A stretch of DNA of 64,000 nucleotides from Haliotis cracherodii (taxonomy: Eukaryota). The stretch's first letter is position 1. Every line of letters begins with the position of its first letter. Positions 63,200 to 64,000 of this stretch are shown one piece after another. Location: NCBI RefSeq assembly GCF_022045235.1, contig NW_027266266.1, positions 17,732,001 through 17,796,000 of the forward strand, written 5' to 3'. Both the position numbers and the translations under genes were made by a program. A model generated the notes under the pieces. It saw nothing but the letters and a program-made list of their open reading frames with translations. It made no database searches and was not told the origin of the DNA.

Positions 63200-64000
63200 G
63201 TACTTGTTGTTACCCTGTCCGGCGCTCGGCATTAAGGGGCTAAAGCAAGGACTGGTCGGCTCGGAGTCAGTATACTGTGTCTGAGTGGGGTATTCATGTT
63301 AAACTGTGGCATGGTATCTCAGTGTGCTGGCGGTATTTGGTCGTGCATTATCCTGTTTCTAGGTTTGTCAGCACCATACCCGTGCTCGTGGGTTTCACCG
63401 AAGTGGTAAACGTCTGAGACCTGCATCACTTCGGGCTTTCCTCCCACATTAAGCTGACACGCCGCGATATAACTGGAATGCTGTTAAAAACGGCGTAAAG
63501 ACCAACTCACTCACTCATAGTGTAGGGCGGCGGGGTAGCCCAGTGGTTAAAGCGTTAGCCCGTCAAGTCGAATGCCTGCGTTCGATTCCCCATATGAGAA
63601 TTTCTGGTGTCCCAGCCGTGATATTCTTTCGAGTATTGCTAAAAGCAACTATGCAGATGATTAGTGAAAGTGTTTATACTAAGTGGTATACTTAGTGAAA
63701 TGTTTGTAGCAATATCACGGCGGGGGACACCAGAAATGGGCTTCACACATTTTAACCCATGTCGGGAATCGAACCCGGGTCTTCGGCGTGACGAGCTAAC
63801 GCTTTAACCACTAGGCTACCCGACCGCCCCAGGTATTAAAGAAGTTTGTGGAATTGTAGTCTTTATAGTAAAAGACCGCCCCCGGGGTCTCGTGGCACAG
63901 CGCGTGGTATCTACCCGGATAGCGAAAACGTCATACCAAATTACGTTAAAAGATGGTACCCTGCATTATGGGGCTAAAACAAGGACTGGTCGGCTCGGAG
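63200..64000. mobile_element. Cluster of SINE fragments (families 3, 2, 1 plus, 1 minus, 3)
   Basis: 63200-63330 family 3; 63355-63516 family 2; 63524-63647 family 1 (+); 63706-63830 family 1 (-); 63873-64000 family 3. Confidence 0.85.

Overview
Eukaryotic, repeat-rich invertebrate DNA, most likely a gastropod mollusc such as abalone (inferred from SINE content; not verified). Two interleaved gene families sit in a tandemly duplicated, TE-laden locus. (1) On the minus strand is a macrophage migration inhibitory factor (MIF) array that the ORF track misses because it is spliced. It has one intact three-exon gene (7654-7547, 2333-2161, 1632-1554; 119 aa), a full pseudogene (10226-14077), a truncated pseudogene (~34250-37600) and two exon-less relics. 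(2) On the plus strand are three paralogs with uninterrupted coding regions (27632-29095, 40312-41775, 53390-54853; 487 aa from the ATG). Each encodes a secreted protein: signal peptide, near-invariant coiled-coil stalk, Ser/Thr/Pro linker and a six-bladed YWTD/LDLR-class-B-like beta-propeller head. Amino-acid differences cluster in loops predicted to form one face of the propeller. This is the best candidate for an undescribed system: a diversifying family of soluble oligomeric recognition proteins linked to MIF. A fourth cassette has lost its gene. The rest is SINEs (four families), LINE fragments (L2/CR1-like, R4/Dong-like, I-group with RNase H), a Polinton/Maverick integrase relic, MITEs and several satellites whose single-copy seeds are visible in paralogous segments. 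Most long ORFs in the track are satellite artefacts.
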